The translations under genes and the position numbers were made by a program. A stretch of 63,141 nucleotides of DNA, the filler included, from Octopus bimaculoides (Eukaryota): NCBI RefSeq assembly GCF_001194135.2. It is 8 parts of 8 records of this genome, joined end to end, with 100 filler letters (N's around TTAATTAATTAA, not from the genome) between each part and the next. Parts side by side here need not be neighbours in the genome. Positions count along the whole stretch, not along the records: positions 34,842 to 58,003 come from NC_069005.1; positions 58,104 to 61,287 come from NW_026408102.1; positions 61,388 to 63,141 come from NC_068983.1; 5 more parts are not named here. One strand, 5' to 3'. Each line of letters opens with the position of its first letter. The stretch's first letter is position 1. Below, in pieces: positions 50,330-63,141 of the stretch. The notes under the pieces are model-generated. The model was not told the origin of the DNA and did not search any database. It saw only the letters and a list, made by a program, of their open reading frames with translations.

Positions 50330-50720
50330 CACTTTGCCCGTCTTCCACAAATCTGGAATGCTCGACATTTTTGTACACAGCAGTCGTCTTCTAGCAGCCC
50401 AACCTCCACTCTTGCAAGTGATACCGGATTCCTCTTGAACCCAATTTTTCTCGGCACATTTGTACTCTGGCACACTAACATTTCACATTCATCAGAGCAT
50501 GCAAGTTCCATTTGTTTCTGCTCTTCACAAGTCTTCAACATTCAAGAGCAACACCTTGCTATCATGGAACATCACTGTTCTAACACAGGCATCATAAAAT
50601 CTACCCTTCACTCTCAGAGAAAAAACCTTTATTGCCACCAGTGTTAATAGCTTGCTCACCATTTTCCCAACCAGTTTTTATCTCAATACTACACTTTCAG
50701 AGCAACCACTTGCCAGAAAA
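50330..50720 (-). mobile_element. RTE-clade LINE RT C-terminal remnant
   Basis: GCSESVV...FSLRVKGRFYDACVRTVM...EDCCVQKCR. Confidence 0.7.
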
Positions 50721-51496
50721 TACAGTACATTATAGTACAGCATTATGGGATGCAAACAAGATTGGTCTATGTTGTGGCATTGTATTATGGGATAGATGCT
50801 CGATTGGTCATGTTGCAATATGCCATGGCATTATGGGATACATGCTAGGTTGTTGTGGTGTAGAATTAAACATCGCCTGGACAAAGTAGTCAAACAATGC
50901 AGCAGTAAGCGAGAGAGAGAGAGAGAGTGACATTGCTGCCAGTGTTAGTGTATGAGTAAAAGCAACAGAGGACACAGACACAAAAAAATTATATTTGTTT
51001 TCTTTTAATATACATACATAAACATGTAAATATTTATATATACATAAACATGTATGAAGGTGTGTGTGACTGTGTGTGTGTATATATATATATATATACA
51101 CACAGATGTATACATACATATACATGTACATACACACACATACATACAAAGGTCCACTTCATTGCTGTCATCATTGGGTTTTACTTCTATTTTTCCACAC
51201 TAGCATGGGTCAGATGAGTTAGCAATGAGTAGCTGAAATCACTTCCAAATGAATAATTGAAACAAGATTACAGTGTTTCACAGAGGTAGAGCAAGGCAAA
51301 AAAAACAAAAAAAAAACTTAAGATGAAGCAGTCAGTGGAGGGGGGAAATAGACCAGAAAATATTTGGTCTCATGGAAGAAATGATTACAAGACAGATATC
51401 TGGAAGATTACAAGACAGAGATTGCTGCATTACGAACCTGTTGAATTTATACCAGCAATGAAGGATAGGAAAAAAAAAGCATGGAAATTGATGAAC

Positions 51497-51533
<37 letters not shown>

Positions 51534-51655
51534 CACACACACACACATATATATACGTTTGCATACATATGCACATATACATACATGTATAAACATGCAT
51601 ATATACGTGGGTTTGTGTGTATGTATATATATATATGCATATATGTACAAACATA

Positions 51656-51716
<61 letters not shown>

Positions 51717-53283
51717 GTTCATCTACCCACCCACTGGTGATACATACACTGGTATCACTTAATTTAAAGACAAAAGTATTACTGATGATTAAGCTTTAAT
51801 TATTTCCATTAATTATTTAATCACAATGTAAATTTAAACAGGAAAAATTTGAATTTACTTCATGCAATTATTGGCAGTATCAATAAAGCTACAAAAATGA
51901 ACATCACTGAATTTAACATATTTCCTTCTCACCACAAAATAGAAAACATGAATTAAAGATCAACAACAATATAAACCTCGCTATGGCACTTAGAATATTT
52001 GGTCAGTTACCTACAAAAGGAAACAGAATCTTGTCCCAAAGGCATTGAATTTTTGTGTTTGAAGACTACATCACTTGGAGTATCTTCTTTGTTATTTTTG
52101 CCAATCAAAGAATTCATTAAACATCCTGGATTTCCTTTGTTGAATATTCTTGTTGAACCATTTCTATAATTTCTTTTCATCAGATTTAAAACCAGAATTT
52201 CTGTTGGTCACTGCAACATTTGGATTTTCTTGCTTTTTTTGTGGGGGGGGGGGGTTGTTTTGGTGAATTCCTTGATATTTTTTTACCATCATACTTTTGG
52301 TTTATGGAAGACTAATCTTCTCCCACACTTCCAGACTATAATGTTCAATGGAACAGACCCTTCCTCAGATAAGTAACACAAGATGTTGCCATATTGTCAG
52401 ATCTGTGCAGTCAGAGTGAAATTCTTCTCCTTAATCTCATTGAACAAACACCTGGGGTATTACTCAAGGAATTAAATTTGGATTCCTCCAACCAGTCAGA
52501 GATATCCATTCCTTAGGTTCCTTCAACTGTGCACAGTCTGCAAGAGAAATGTTTTCTATGTGCAGTTTATTCCACAGGCCCAAACCGTTTCAGACAATTT
52601 TCAAAGGCAATTGGCACCAATCTGTATGGAGTGTTTCTATCAACCATAACAGCAATTGTGATTCTGTTCTTCATCAACAAATGGTAAGTGCATTGACTCA
52701 CCCTTCCAGCAGCTTTATGCAGTTAGCCTGAAACACAGCAGCTGGAATGACTCCCAGTTCCATACAAGTCCACAGCTTGGCCAACTGCAGGTTCTGACAA
52801 TTCAAACACATTTGGAGCTGGAATTTCAATGTTTCATTTCAACTAATTCAGTTGGACACTTTTCAGTCATGTCCCTGATGTAGACACAATCAAACAGTAA
52901 ATAATAGTTAGTGTTAGAGTAAATATATTGAATATTAAAATAAAATATTGTATCATATTTTCTCAAAATGTTCTTAAATAAAGTGATGTTTGCTGAGGTG
53001 GTCTCTATTAGTACTGTCAACAGCTGCATTTTGCTGATTAAATCTGTTTCAAATTTCATAATCGAGAAAAAAAAAACCCCCAATATTTTTTGTCAAATGT
53101 AGTTGGAATTGTGATTGAAAAAATGGAAATAATTTATAATCATCAGCATATCTTTCAAATGAAGAAATACCACTGTATATACATATAGCAATGCGTATAT
53201 ATGTGTGTGTATATGCATGTGTGTTTATGTATGGATGTATATACATATATATATATGTGTGTGTGTGTGTGTGTACATATGTA

Positions 53284-53341
<58 letters not shown>

Positions 53342-53924
53342 NNNNNNNNNNNNNNNNNNNNNNNNNNNNNNNNNNNNNNNNNNNNNNNNNNNNNNNNNNN
53401 NNNNNNNNNNNNNNNNNNNNNNNNNNNNNNNNNNNNNNNNNNTTTTTTTTTTTTTTTTTTTTTTTTTTACATCATAAGGTACCCTTTCAATTATTTTTCT
53501 CCCTGCCAAATCAAATCAAATGACATACAAAGAGGGTAACAATGGTAGAATATTATTATTATTATTATTATTATTTTACAATCTTGCTTTTTTTTTTCTT
53601 TTCATTCTTTATTTCAATGTAGCCACTTCCTTTTACCGATATTTCCAAGAATGGTAAAAAAGAAGTCTACAAACAACAGATTCTTCTTTTGACTCTCGGC
53701 ATCATTAAAAGACAAATCGTGTAAAAGAGCAGCGTAGAGTCAATTGAGTTGTCTCCCTTGCTGAGATTTGGAATTCAGAAAGTCGGGTGGGGTGGGGTGG
53801 CTTGTAGTAATAATAATAATAATACAGATTTAAGGAATGGAAATGTTTCCATGCAGAATGGGAAAGAATCTAACGAGAGAGTTCAATAACTGTATTAAAA
53901 CCACATGCCAATTCTAATAATAAT

Positions 53925-55010
53925 AATAATAATTATGATTTCAAATTTTGGCATAAGGCCAGTAATTAAAGGGAGCGGGGGTGGGGTTTGATTACATTGA
54001 ATTACCCCCCAGTACTTGGTTCATACTTTATTTTATCGACCCCCATGAAAGGATGAAAGGCAAAGTTGACCTCGGCGGAATTTGAACACAGAATGTAAAG
54101 TCGGATGAAAGACCACTCAACATTTTGTCCGGCATGCTAACAGTTCTGCTAACTCACTGCCTAATGATGACAATAATAATAATAATAATAACAATGATAA
54201 TCGTTTCTAGTATAGGCACAAGGCCAGCAATTTTGAGAGGAGGAGAAAATTGATAAGATCAAATCCAGTGCTCAGCTGGTATTTATTTTATCGACCCCAA
54301 AACAACGAAAAGTGTCGTAGTAGTAGTAGTAGTGGGTGCCTTGAAGGGGAGTAAAGAATGAAAACAAAAGTTGAAAAGCAAAATTTGGAACTGAGATACG
54401 TACAGAACTTCTTCAGAAGAAGATGCCACAATAAAGGAACAGCTCAGCTTCTGAGGAAGGTTCTAGAAATAGAAGAGAAGAGAAGAGGATCTGAAAACTC
54501 TTGGCCACTTATTTTGACTGAATCTCTCAAATAATCACACTGCCAACCTGCTAAAAAGAGTCTTCCTGCATTCTCCAAGAATCCTCCAAAAGAGACTTGT
54601 CACCAAACTTAGGACAACATCCCTAATAACTAAAGTTTTAATAATAATAATAATTCTTTCTACAAAAGATACAAGGCCTGAAATTTTTGGCGGGGAGGGG
54701 ACTAGTCAATTACCTTGACCCCAGTGTTTCACTGGTACCTATTTCATTGACCCAGAAAGAATGGCAGAATTTGAACTCAGAATGTGAGGACGGACAAAGT
54801 GCCATTAAACATTAAATGTGAGGGTGGAGGGAGAAGGTTATTCAATTACATCAACCCCAGCACTTGGCTGTACTTTATTTTATCGACCCAAGACGGATGA
54901 AAGGCACAGTTGACCTTCACAGGATTTGAACTCGGAATGGAAAGAGCCAGAAGAAATACCACAAGGCATTTTGCCTGACTCACTGCCAATTTACAGCCCC
55001 AATAATAATA
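53925..55010 (-). mobile_element. Cluster of at least 4 same-orientation family-B-related SINEs separated by (AAT)n
   Basis: Repeated aaggcc..aatt / tactt.attttatcgaccc / aaggatgaaaggc units at about 53935, 54210, 54665 and 54830. Confidence 0.75.
54345..54655 (+). mobile_element. R4/Dong-like LINE 3' end with (AAT)n tail
   Basis: KGTAQLLRKVLEI followed by a UTR and aataataat. Confidence 0.5.
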
Positions 55011-56673
55011 ATAATTTTTCCCATTGGCATGGCTACAAATTCATTTAGGTGGTGGTAGTGTAAATCAGTTGTATGAAAGTCAATACACGACAAGTACTGA
55101 TTTGGTGTGTGAGCACACGTGTATGTGTATTATAAATTATATATATATGTATATATATGTATGTATATTGTTGAGCTGAACTCTGGCTTTCATTCCTCCT
55201 GTATATATGTACATTATGTACATCATACATACATATATATATATTATATATATATATATATATAGTGTGTGTGTGTGTATAAACACAGACACATACGTGC
55301 AAAAGAAGACTAAAAGTTAACCTCAACAACATTTGAAGGGCAAAATCTTGATTCAAGCAAAACAAGTAACCTTAACAATCCTCCTGATTCCTGTCTAAAA
55401 ATCTTTAATCATTGACACAAAGAAAAACTATTTTCAAGAGTGGGGGATGAACTTCTAATATCACATACATCAGTTGGGGAACCTTTTTTTTGTCGATGGC
55501 TTAGTATGAAGTAGGGGTCAAAGTAGAGTGGCAATGTAGGGCTTCCAAAACCCCTCAGGTACAGATCATCCAAAGGGATTCCATCTCTCCAGTTTCTAGA
55601 AGGCATTTTCCCAAAGACAGTGATGAGATTGAACCTGGAACGACCTAATTGCAAAGCCAATTTTTGTCAACTCCATTGTCATACCTGTATCTACATTGAA
55701 AGAATGGGTTCCCTGAGAGGATTTCAAATAACCTTATGTCTCACACATTCTGTGGGTGAACAGGTTACCTATTACATTGCAAAGCATCTCAGAACAAACC
55801 CAATTTCTTCTTTTATAAATATATATATAAAAAAAAGAAAATGTTAGCCCCTACCTGCATTGGTTAGCAATTCCCTTATCACAAATTTTAAGGATTGGAA
55901 ACAATTTTAACTTTAAACTGAAGAATTACTCAATAATTTTCAGTAGAACACATGTTCATTGATTTTTTTACAAAGTCACACACACACACACACACATAGC
56001 AAGGTCAACTTAGCCAGGATGAATCTAAAATATCCCAGCCAAAGAAATAGGGTCATATTAGGGTTATTTAGATTTTAGAGGAAAGGAAAATGAGTTTTGT
56101 GATGAAAATCATTCATTTCCAATGTGTTTCAGGGATTTGCTTGAAACGAAAATGGGTTGCAGATTTGACCCCAGAAACTCACCTCTGTTTCATAGTGCTC
56201 CCCTAAGTAACATGAAACAAATTTCTTTCAATGAAGCTCAAGACCAAATTTCTACATGAGAGACAGTCATTCAGTCGATTAAACCGGCCCCTGATACACT
56301 ACTGGTACTTATTACTGACCCCATAGAGGGACGAAAGATAAAAATCAAACATTTTCTCTTTTGTTAATCCTTTATTTGTGATTTCTAATGAAGCCATGCC
56401 TTTATAGTAAACAGAACTGAAATGGAGGACAAAACTAAATATGGTAAAGCATTTAGTCTGGTGCTCTACCTTGCGAAATAGCATGAGGATCCACAGAGAT
56501 TACATGAAGGTTGAAGAGTTGTGGGGGGTGTGGGGTGAATTTGAATAAACCTAACACATACAGTGGGAAAAAAAAAGAGGGAATAGACACTGAAAATAGA
56601 GGTGGTGGGGAGATTATAATTTTTTAACTTTCAATTACGATAAGAATACATTGATAAATAAATGAATAACAAC

Positions 56674-56708
<35 letters not shown>

Positions 56709-57374
56709 TAATAATGATAATAATAATAATGATGATAATAATAAAAGAGGAGAAAAGTAAGAAAAATGTAAAACGTGAAAATATATAACTTAGAACGAAT
56801 GCGAAACAACTGCAACAAATAAGTCACTATTGGTGATGGTGGTGTGCTGGGGTGTGTGGTGTGATGACAATGAGGTAGGCAGGTGGTGGTGGTGGTATGG
56901 TGGTGGTATGGTGGTGTAGTAATGCAGCAGTAAGGAGGGAGGGGGGAAGTGGTTGCTGTTCATGACGGTGACATTGCAACAGTGTTACGTTGGTATTAAT
57001 AATAATAATAATAACGATAACAATAATAATAATAAAGTCCACTTTGNNNNNNNNNNNNNNNNNNNNNNNNNNNNNNNNNNNNNNNNNNNNNNNNNNNNNN
57101 NNNNNNNNNNNNNNNNNNNNNNNNNNNNGGGATGGGTGGGGGGGACACGGGGTGGGGGTGGGGCAATGGAGACAAGGGTTAAAAATCCAAAGATCAACAA
57201 CTTTGCCAAGTGGTCAATGAACCATGTCCAGGAGGTGAGTTGGTCAGTGAGATGGTCACTCAGTCAGTCGGTCAGTTAATTATTGTTCCTGAGAATCACT
57301 TGAACCATGTCCAAGGTTACCTGAGATGTTAATATTATTACTATTACTATTATTATTATTATTATTATTATTAT

Positions 57375-57409
<35 letters not shown>

Positions 57410-57729
57410 ATAATAGTAATAGTTGTAGTAGTATGAGTAGTATTGCATGTTGGGATGTATTGAAGATGAATATGAGTGACCGAGGGACCAAGTTGGAAGG
57501 GTGGTGGTGATGGGGGGGGGGGTGCGACGATGATGAACAGGAGAGGAAACACCTGGGATGAGAGAGAGAGAGAGAGAGACGGACAGACAGACAGGAATGA
57601 AAAATGAGAGGAAGGTCTCATTGATGCAGTCAAGGGTGGGTCAGCATCAGAACTGAGTAGGCAGGGGTTTGGAGGGGTCGGTTTGAGTAGCAGGAATTCA
57701 AGAACCACTACTCTGGTTGCCACTACAAA

Positions 57730-57766
<37 letters not shown>

Positions 57767-58103
57767 TACACACAGATATATATATATATAGATAAATAGA
57801 TAGATAGATAGATAGACAGATAGATAGATAGATATAGATATAAGGAAGTGGTTAGAGTAAAGGTGTAGGTGTTTTGACATAATAATTGTGACATAGCAGC
57901 AGCAATGATTGGGGGGTGGGGGGTAGGGCAGAAAAGAAAATTAGCAACTTAGCAACATCTGAAATTGTTGGTGGAGAGAGAAGGGGGGGTGTCAATACAG
58001 AAANNNNNNNNNNNNNNNNNNNNNNNNNNNNNNNNNNNNNNNNNNNNTTAATTAATTAANNNNNNNNNNNNNNNNNNNNNNNNNNNNNNNNNNNNNNNNN
58101 NNN

Positions 58104-58137
<34 letters not shown>

Positions 58138-58156
58138 TAATAATAACATCAACAAA

Positions 58157-58340
58157 AAATACCTTAGGAATGACAACCCAGGGGTGGGTTTAAAAAATTC
58201 TACCAAGACACCTGATGAAGGCTGGAGAGTACATCAGCCCAAAACGTTCTGGTAACAACAAACATGATGAGGACACATATCCGTCCAATGTAAATAATGT
58301 AAATAATGTACAGAATTCCTCATTTATCAAATATAGAACG
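58157..58340 (+). mobile_element. Penelope-derived-like short repeat with a hammerhead-like core
   Basis: CTGATGA-A-GGCTG..CAGCC-CAAAAC at 58212-58245, following an (AAT)n tract. Confidence 0.5.
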
Positions 58341-58553
58341 TTTGGATGTTTGTTTATGACGGTGTCTACCACTCAAAGAGAGATCTTTGTTTCTATCCTC
58401 TTATCTTTCTCGTTCGACTTTCAAACATCATTTTTAATACATTAACTTAAAAATGCAAATAAAAATTCCCGAATAAAATTTTTTTCCACATCGATTAACA
58501 TAATATCCTTTGACGGTGAAATTAAGTCTCGTGGATATTCCAGTAACGATGTT

Positions 58554-58926
58554 GGTTGGCACTCCGTCGGTTACGACGACGAAGGTTCCAGTCGATCCGA
58601 TCAACGGAACAGCCTGTTCGTGAAATTAACGTGCAAGTGACTGAGCACTCCACAGACACGTGTACTGGTAACGTAGTTATCGGGGAGATTCAGCGTGACA
58701 GAGAGTGTGACAAGGCTGACCCTTTGAATTACAGGCACAACAGAAACAGGAAGAAAGAGTTGTGGTGGAAGAGTACAGCAGGGTTCGCCGCCATCCTCTG
58801 GCGGAGCCTCGTGGAGCTTTAGGTGTTTTCGCTCAATAAACACTCACAACGCCCGGTATGGGAATCGAAACCGCGATCCTACGACCGCGAGTCCGCTGCC
58901 CTAACCACTGGGCCATTGCGCCACCA
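58554..58926 (-). mobile_element. SINE family C, full length, about 13-bp TSD
   Basis: TSD cagtaacgatgtt at 58541-58553 and 58927-58939. Confidence 0.92.
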
Positions 58927-59426
58927 CAGTAACGATGTTAAATCTCTAGCAACAACGAAAAAAAAAAAAAAAGGATAGGTATTTTCTGCAAGTCATGCTG
59001 CCTCAATAAGCTCAAAATATCTCAATAAAAAATAGTTTTAAATATTACATTCCTCAACAAACGATAAATTGGGTTTACAAAACTGCTTTTCGCGATTGAG
59101 GATAATGAAAAATTGAGTGGATATATCTTGGTTTCTGCAGTGAAAATATTTAAGAATATTTCAAAAGTTATTCATGTTGTACAGAATTTATTCCTGATAT
59201 AATTGCTTAATAATTATTAATTAAAGAACGCTATTGTTGATTTAATAATTAAATTGTTTAATAGTCATAAAATGCACGAACGTTATTCCCGATTTAATTG
59301 CTTAAAAAAGACGAAATATTAAATTAAACGACAATATAATATTATTTATTCATAAACCACAGAATCTGAAGAATTCTTTCAAATTAAAGGCGTCGGTAAT
59401 TCTTCATTTGAAACGTTTGCATTTAT

Positions 59427-59590
59427 GCACAGGCGTGGCTGTGTCGCAAGAAGCTCGCTTCTCATCCTAATGGTCTGTGGTTCAATCCCACTGCGCGGTA
59501 ACTTGGGTAAGTATCTTCAACAACTGCTCCGAGCTGACCAAGGCTTTGTGAGTGGATTTGGTAGATGGAAACTGAAAGAAGAACTGTGTG
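59427..59590 (+). mobile_element. SINE family A, 5' part, running into long (TG)n
   Basis: caggcgtggctgtgt...gtgagtggatttggtagatggaaactgaaagaag. Confidence 0.8.
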
Positions 59591-60770
59591 TGTGTCTGGG
59601 GAAAATGCGTGTGTTTGTGTGTGTGTTGCGTGCGTGTGTGCGTCCGTGCGTGCATTCGTGTGTGTGTGTGCGTATGAGTGAGTCCGCTTAAGTAAGTGTG
59701 AGTGTGCATATCTGTGTGAGTGTGTATGTGTGTATGTATGTGTGTATGAATGCATGTGTGTGTGTGTGCGTGCGTGCGTGTTGCGCGAACGTGTGTGTGC
59801 GTCCGTATGTGTGTGTGTGTGTGTGCGTTTAAGTATGTGTGAGTGTGTATGTATGTGTGTATGTGTATGAACGTGTGTGTGTTGCTTATGTGTATCTGTG
59901 TGCGTTTGTGCGTATGTGTGTTCGTGTGCGTGTGTGTATGTGTGTGTGCCTGTCTCTGCTTAAGTATTAGTGTGTATGTATGTATGTATGTNNNNNNNNN
60001 NNNNNNNNNNNNNNNNNNNNNNNNNNNNNNNNNNNNNNNNNNNNNNNNNNNNNNNNNNNNNNNNNNNNNNNNNNNNNNNNNNNNNNNNNNNNNNNNNNNN
60101 NNNNNNNNNNNNNNNNNNNNNNNNNNNNNNNNNNNNNNNNNNNNNNNNNNNNNNNNNNNNNNNNNNNNNNNNNNNNNNNNNNNNNNNNNNNNNNNNNNNN
60201 NNNNNNNNNNNNNNNNNNNNNNNNNNNNNNNNNNNNNNNNNNNNNNNNNNNNNNNNNNNNNNNNNNNNNNNNNNNNNNNNNNNNNNNNNNNNNNNNNNNN
60301 NNNNNNNNNNNNNNNNNNNNNNNNNNNNNNNNNNNNNNNNNNNNNNNNNNNNNNNNNNNNNNNNNNNNNNNNNNNNNNNNNNNNNNNNNNNNNNNNNNNN
60401 NNNNNNNNNNNNNNNNNNNNNNNNNNNNNNNNNNNNNNNNNNNNNNNNNNNNNNNNNNNNNNNNNNNNNNNNNNNNNNNNNNNNNNNNNNNNNNNNNNNN
60501 NNNNNNNNNNNNNNNNNNNNNNNNNNNNNNNNNNNNNNNNNNNNNNNNNNNNNNNNNNNNNNNNNNNNNNNNNNNNNNNNNNNNNNNNNNNNNNNNNNNN
60601 NNNNNNNNNNNNNNNNNNNNNNNGAGAGGGAAAAGAGAAAAGGAGCGTGCGATGAAACTGGAAGAAACAGGCAGACGACTGTAAGTTGTTATCTCGAATA
60701 GTCTGATTGTTCGTATAAGGGTGATATAAATGTAAAAAGAGGGGGGGGATAGAGAGTGGTAGAGATAGAA

Positions 60771-60812
<42 letters not shown>

Positions 60813-61495
60813 TATGTGTGTGTGTGTCTGTGTGAGAGAGAAAGAGAGAGAGTGGTGTAACTGGAAGAAAAAAGCAGACGATTGTATTTGTAGATAGAAG
60901 TTTGATCATGTAAGAGACACAAATGTAATAACGAAAGTGGAATGGAGAGTGGTGGTGGTGGTGTGTGTGTGTGAGAGAGATAGAGAGGGAGAGATGGAGA
61001 GGGAGAGAAAGAGAGGGAGAGAAAGAGGGAAAAGCAGAGGGAGAGTGAGGGAGAGACAGAGCGTGGTGTAAAATGGAAGACAAAAACAGACGACCATAGT
61101 TGCTAGACCGACCAGTTTGATTCGGTTTATAACAGTAAGAAGGATTAGTTAATTGGTTCATAAAGCAATCAACAAATTATAAAGGAATGGAATTGAACCA
61201 AATTGAGACGTGCGTGTTTTAATAATACTGGCATGATGACACAACAAAATTTGTTTCAACACACGAATTCACATAAAGAATCTTGCANNNNNNNNNNNNN
61301 NNNNNNNNNNNNNNNNNNNNNNNNNNNNNNNTTAATTAATTAANNNNNNNNNNNNNNNNNNNNNNNNNNNNNNNNNNNNNNNNNNNNATAATAATAATAA
61401 TAACAACAACAACAACAGCAACAACAATAATAATCGAAAAACTGTTTTCAGTATTTAAGGAAGCTGACAAATACAAACAAGAAATCATACTAACA

Positions 61496-61597
<102 letters not shown>

Positions 61598-61669
61598 AAG
61601 AAGAAGAAGAAGAAGAAGAAGAATAAGAAGAAGAAGAAGAAGAAGAAGAAGAAAAAGAAGAAGAAACAA

Positions 61670-62185
61670 CAAAACTATAAAACAAATGGAATCCAAACTA
61701 AAACTAGAACAGCAGCGGACAATGATAAAACGATGGCAAGAAAAGCCCCACCATGGCAAATACTGGGCTAAACTAAATACAAAAGAAATAGACAGAGAAA
61801 AATCCCAGCAATGGTTGAGAATCTCAGGACTCAAAGCAGAGACTGAAGGATTTTTAATTGCTGCACAAGACCAAAGCCTCCCCACCAGAAATTACTAAAA
61901 ACATATAATGAAAAGGAACATAACAACTACAGAATATGTGGCGATGGACAAGAACCAATAAATCATATTATCTCTGGCTGCCCAGTCCTGGCTAAGAAGG
62001 AATATATTCACAGACACGACACAGCTGGGACCTATATACACTGGAAGCTATGCCAACACTATGGAATAACAACAGAAAAAGATGGTATAGGCACATGCCA
62101 GAAAAGTTCACAGAAAATGAGAAAGTAACCATACTTTGGGATATGCAGATACACACAGATAGTGAAATTAAGGCCAACAGGCTGG
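61670..62185 (+). mobile_element. R4/Dong-like LINE: post-RT region, CCHC knuckle, start of REL endonuclease
   Basis: LKAETEGFLIAAQDQSLPTRNY; RICG...INHIISGCP; RHD; ILWDMQIHTD. Confidence 0.85.
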
Positions 62186-62389
62186 GTATAATTTTGGGGT
62201 TGATAAAATAAGTATTAGTTGAACACTGGGGTTGATATTATCGACTCATCTCCTCCTAACAAATGGCTGCCCTTGTGGCAATATTTGAAACCATTATTGT
62301 TGTTGCTTTTTACTTTTAACCTGCATGTTTGACGCAAGCACTTGCATCCAACGCCCTAGGGAAAGTGAAAGATGAGAAATGTAGAAAGC

Positions 62390-62660
62390 TTGTAGGGAGG
62401 AAATGGGAAGGGCAGTGGAGTAATACTTCTGTATAATACAACACATTTAAATTGATAGGGTGTTTTTCAGGATCTGGGCAGTATTTGTTAGCGCATTCTT
62501 TAGGATTTCTTTGAGACATGGTTCTATCGGTATGTTGTCTAGATGTTTCTGACATCCCTTTTCCACCATACCTAGGTACACCTGCAACAACAGGAATAAT
62601 TTTTGCTTTAAGCTGCCACATCTTTTGTATTTCAGTTACCAGGTAACTTACATTTACAAA
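62390..62660 (-). mobile_element. R4/Dong-like LINE 3' end
   Basis: EIQKMWQLKAKIIPVVAG...EIQKNALT..AQIL. Confidence 0.65.
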
Positions 62661-62785
62661 ATTTGTCAAATTCCTTTGCAGTTATATTTTTATCAGCAGG
62701 AACACTTACATCTATTAGTCTACAAGTATTTTCTTCCCTGACTTCATTATTATTATTACTACTACTACTACTACTACTACTACTG

Positions 62786-62831
<46 letters not shown>

Positions 62832-63141
62832 AACTACTACTACTACTATTATCATTTTATGTTTGACTTTTGTTTTGCATTTGTACAAGTTGGATCCAAG
62901 TCTCACCCAGAGACCTCAAGAGACAACAAGTTAGAAGTTCATGTAGGTGTTATGCCTAGGGTACCATATACTTGGATTTGTACAGTTTTGTTCAAGTGAA
63001 TGTTTAAGAAACCATAAGAAAATTATGTGTTTGCTTTAAAATTTGAGATCACATAGACAGTATTTTACGTAGGATATGGGCAGTTCCCATGAGCACTATC
63101 TTTTGAACTTCAGCCATTTTGGGGTTTCCTGGTATCTGAGC

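Noticed and set aside
56183-56202. 20-nt minus-strand micro-exon (ttag|GGGAGCACTATGAAACAGAG|gtgagt)
   Set aside because: Good donor but weak acceptor and no partner exons; expected by chance in 63 kb.
10153-61343. Recurrent TTAATTAATTAA motif as a biological repeat or CRISPR-like array
   Set aside because: It is always centred in N runs, so it is an assembly linker. No repeat-spacer array exists in the window.

Overview
Eukaryotic, AT-rich, microsatellite- and gap-rich DNA, most likely from an octopus. This is inferred from the SINE families and from the N-TTAATTAATTAA-N scaffold linkers; it was not confirmed by any search. One host protein-coding gene is well supported: a 4-exon minus-strand TMEM101 orthologue (43494-40695, about 252 aa). 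The rest is mostly decayed mobile DNA: at least four tRNA-derived SINE families, many R4/Dong-like LINE pieces next to (AAT)n tracts, RTE, CR1-type and Tx1/L1 LINE fragments, Penelope-like remnants with decayed hammerhead cores, a broken hAT (Buster/Charlie-type) transposon, maT/Tc1-mariner remnants and MITEs, and a Gypsy integrase end with a 3' LTR. Almost all listed ORFs are microsatellite or N-gap artefacts. No prokaryotic-type system or CRISPR array is present. The most interesting unexplained items are: a 217-bp inverted-repeat element packed with small hairpins (30636-31952); a SINE sharing its 3' tail with a Tx1-like LINE; decayed minimal hammerhead ribozymes; a 95-bp local duplicate sitting in the transposase CxxH motif; and a composite foldback palindrome at 12756-12945. 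Coordinates were counted by hand, and the ends of decayed repeats are approximate.
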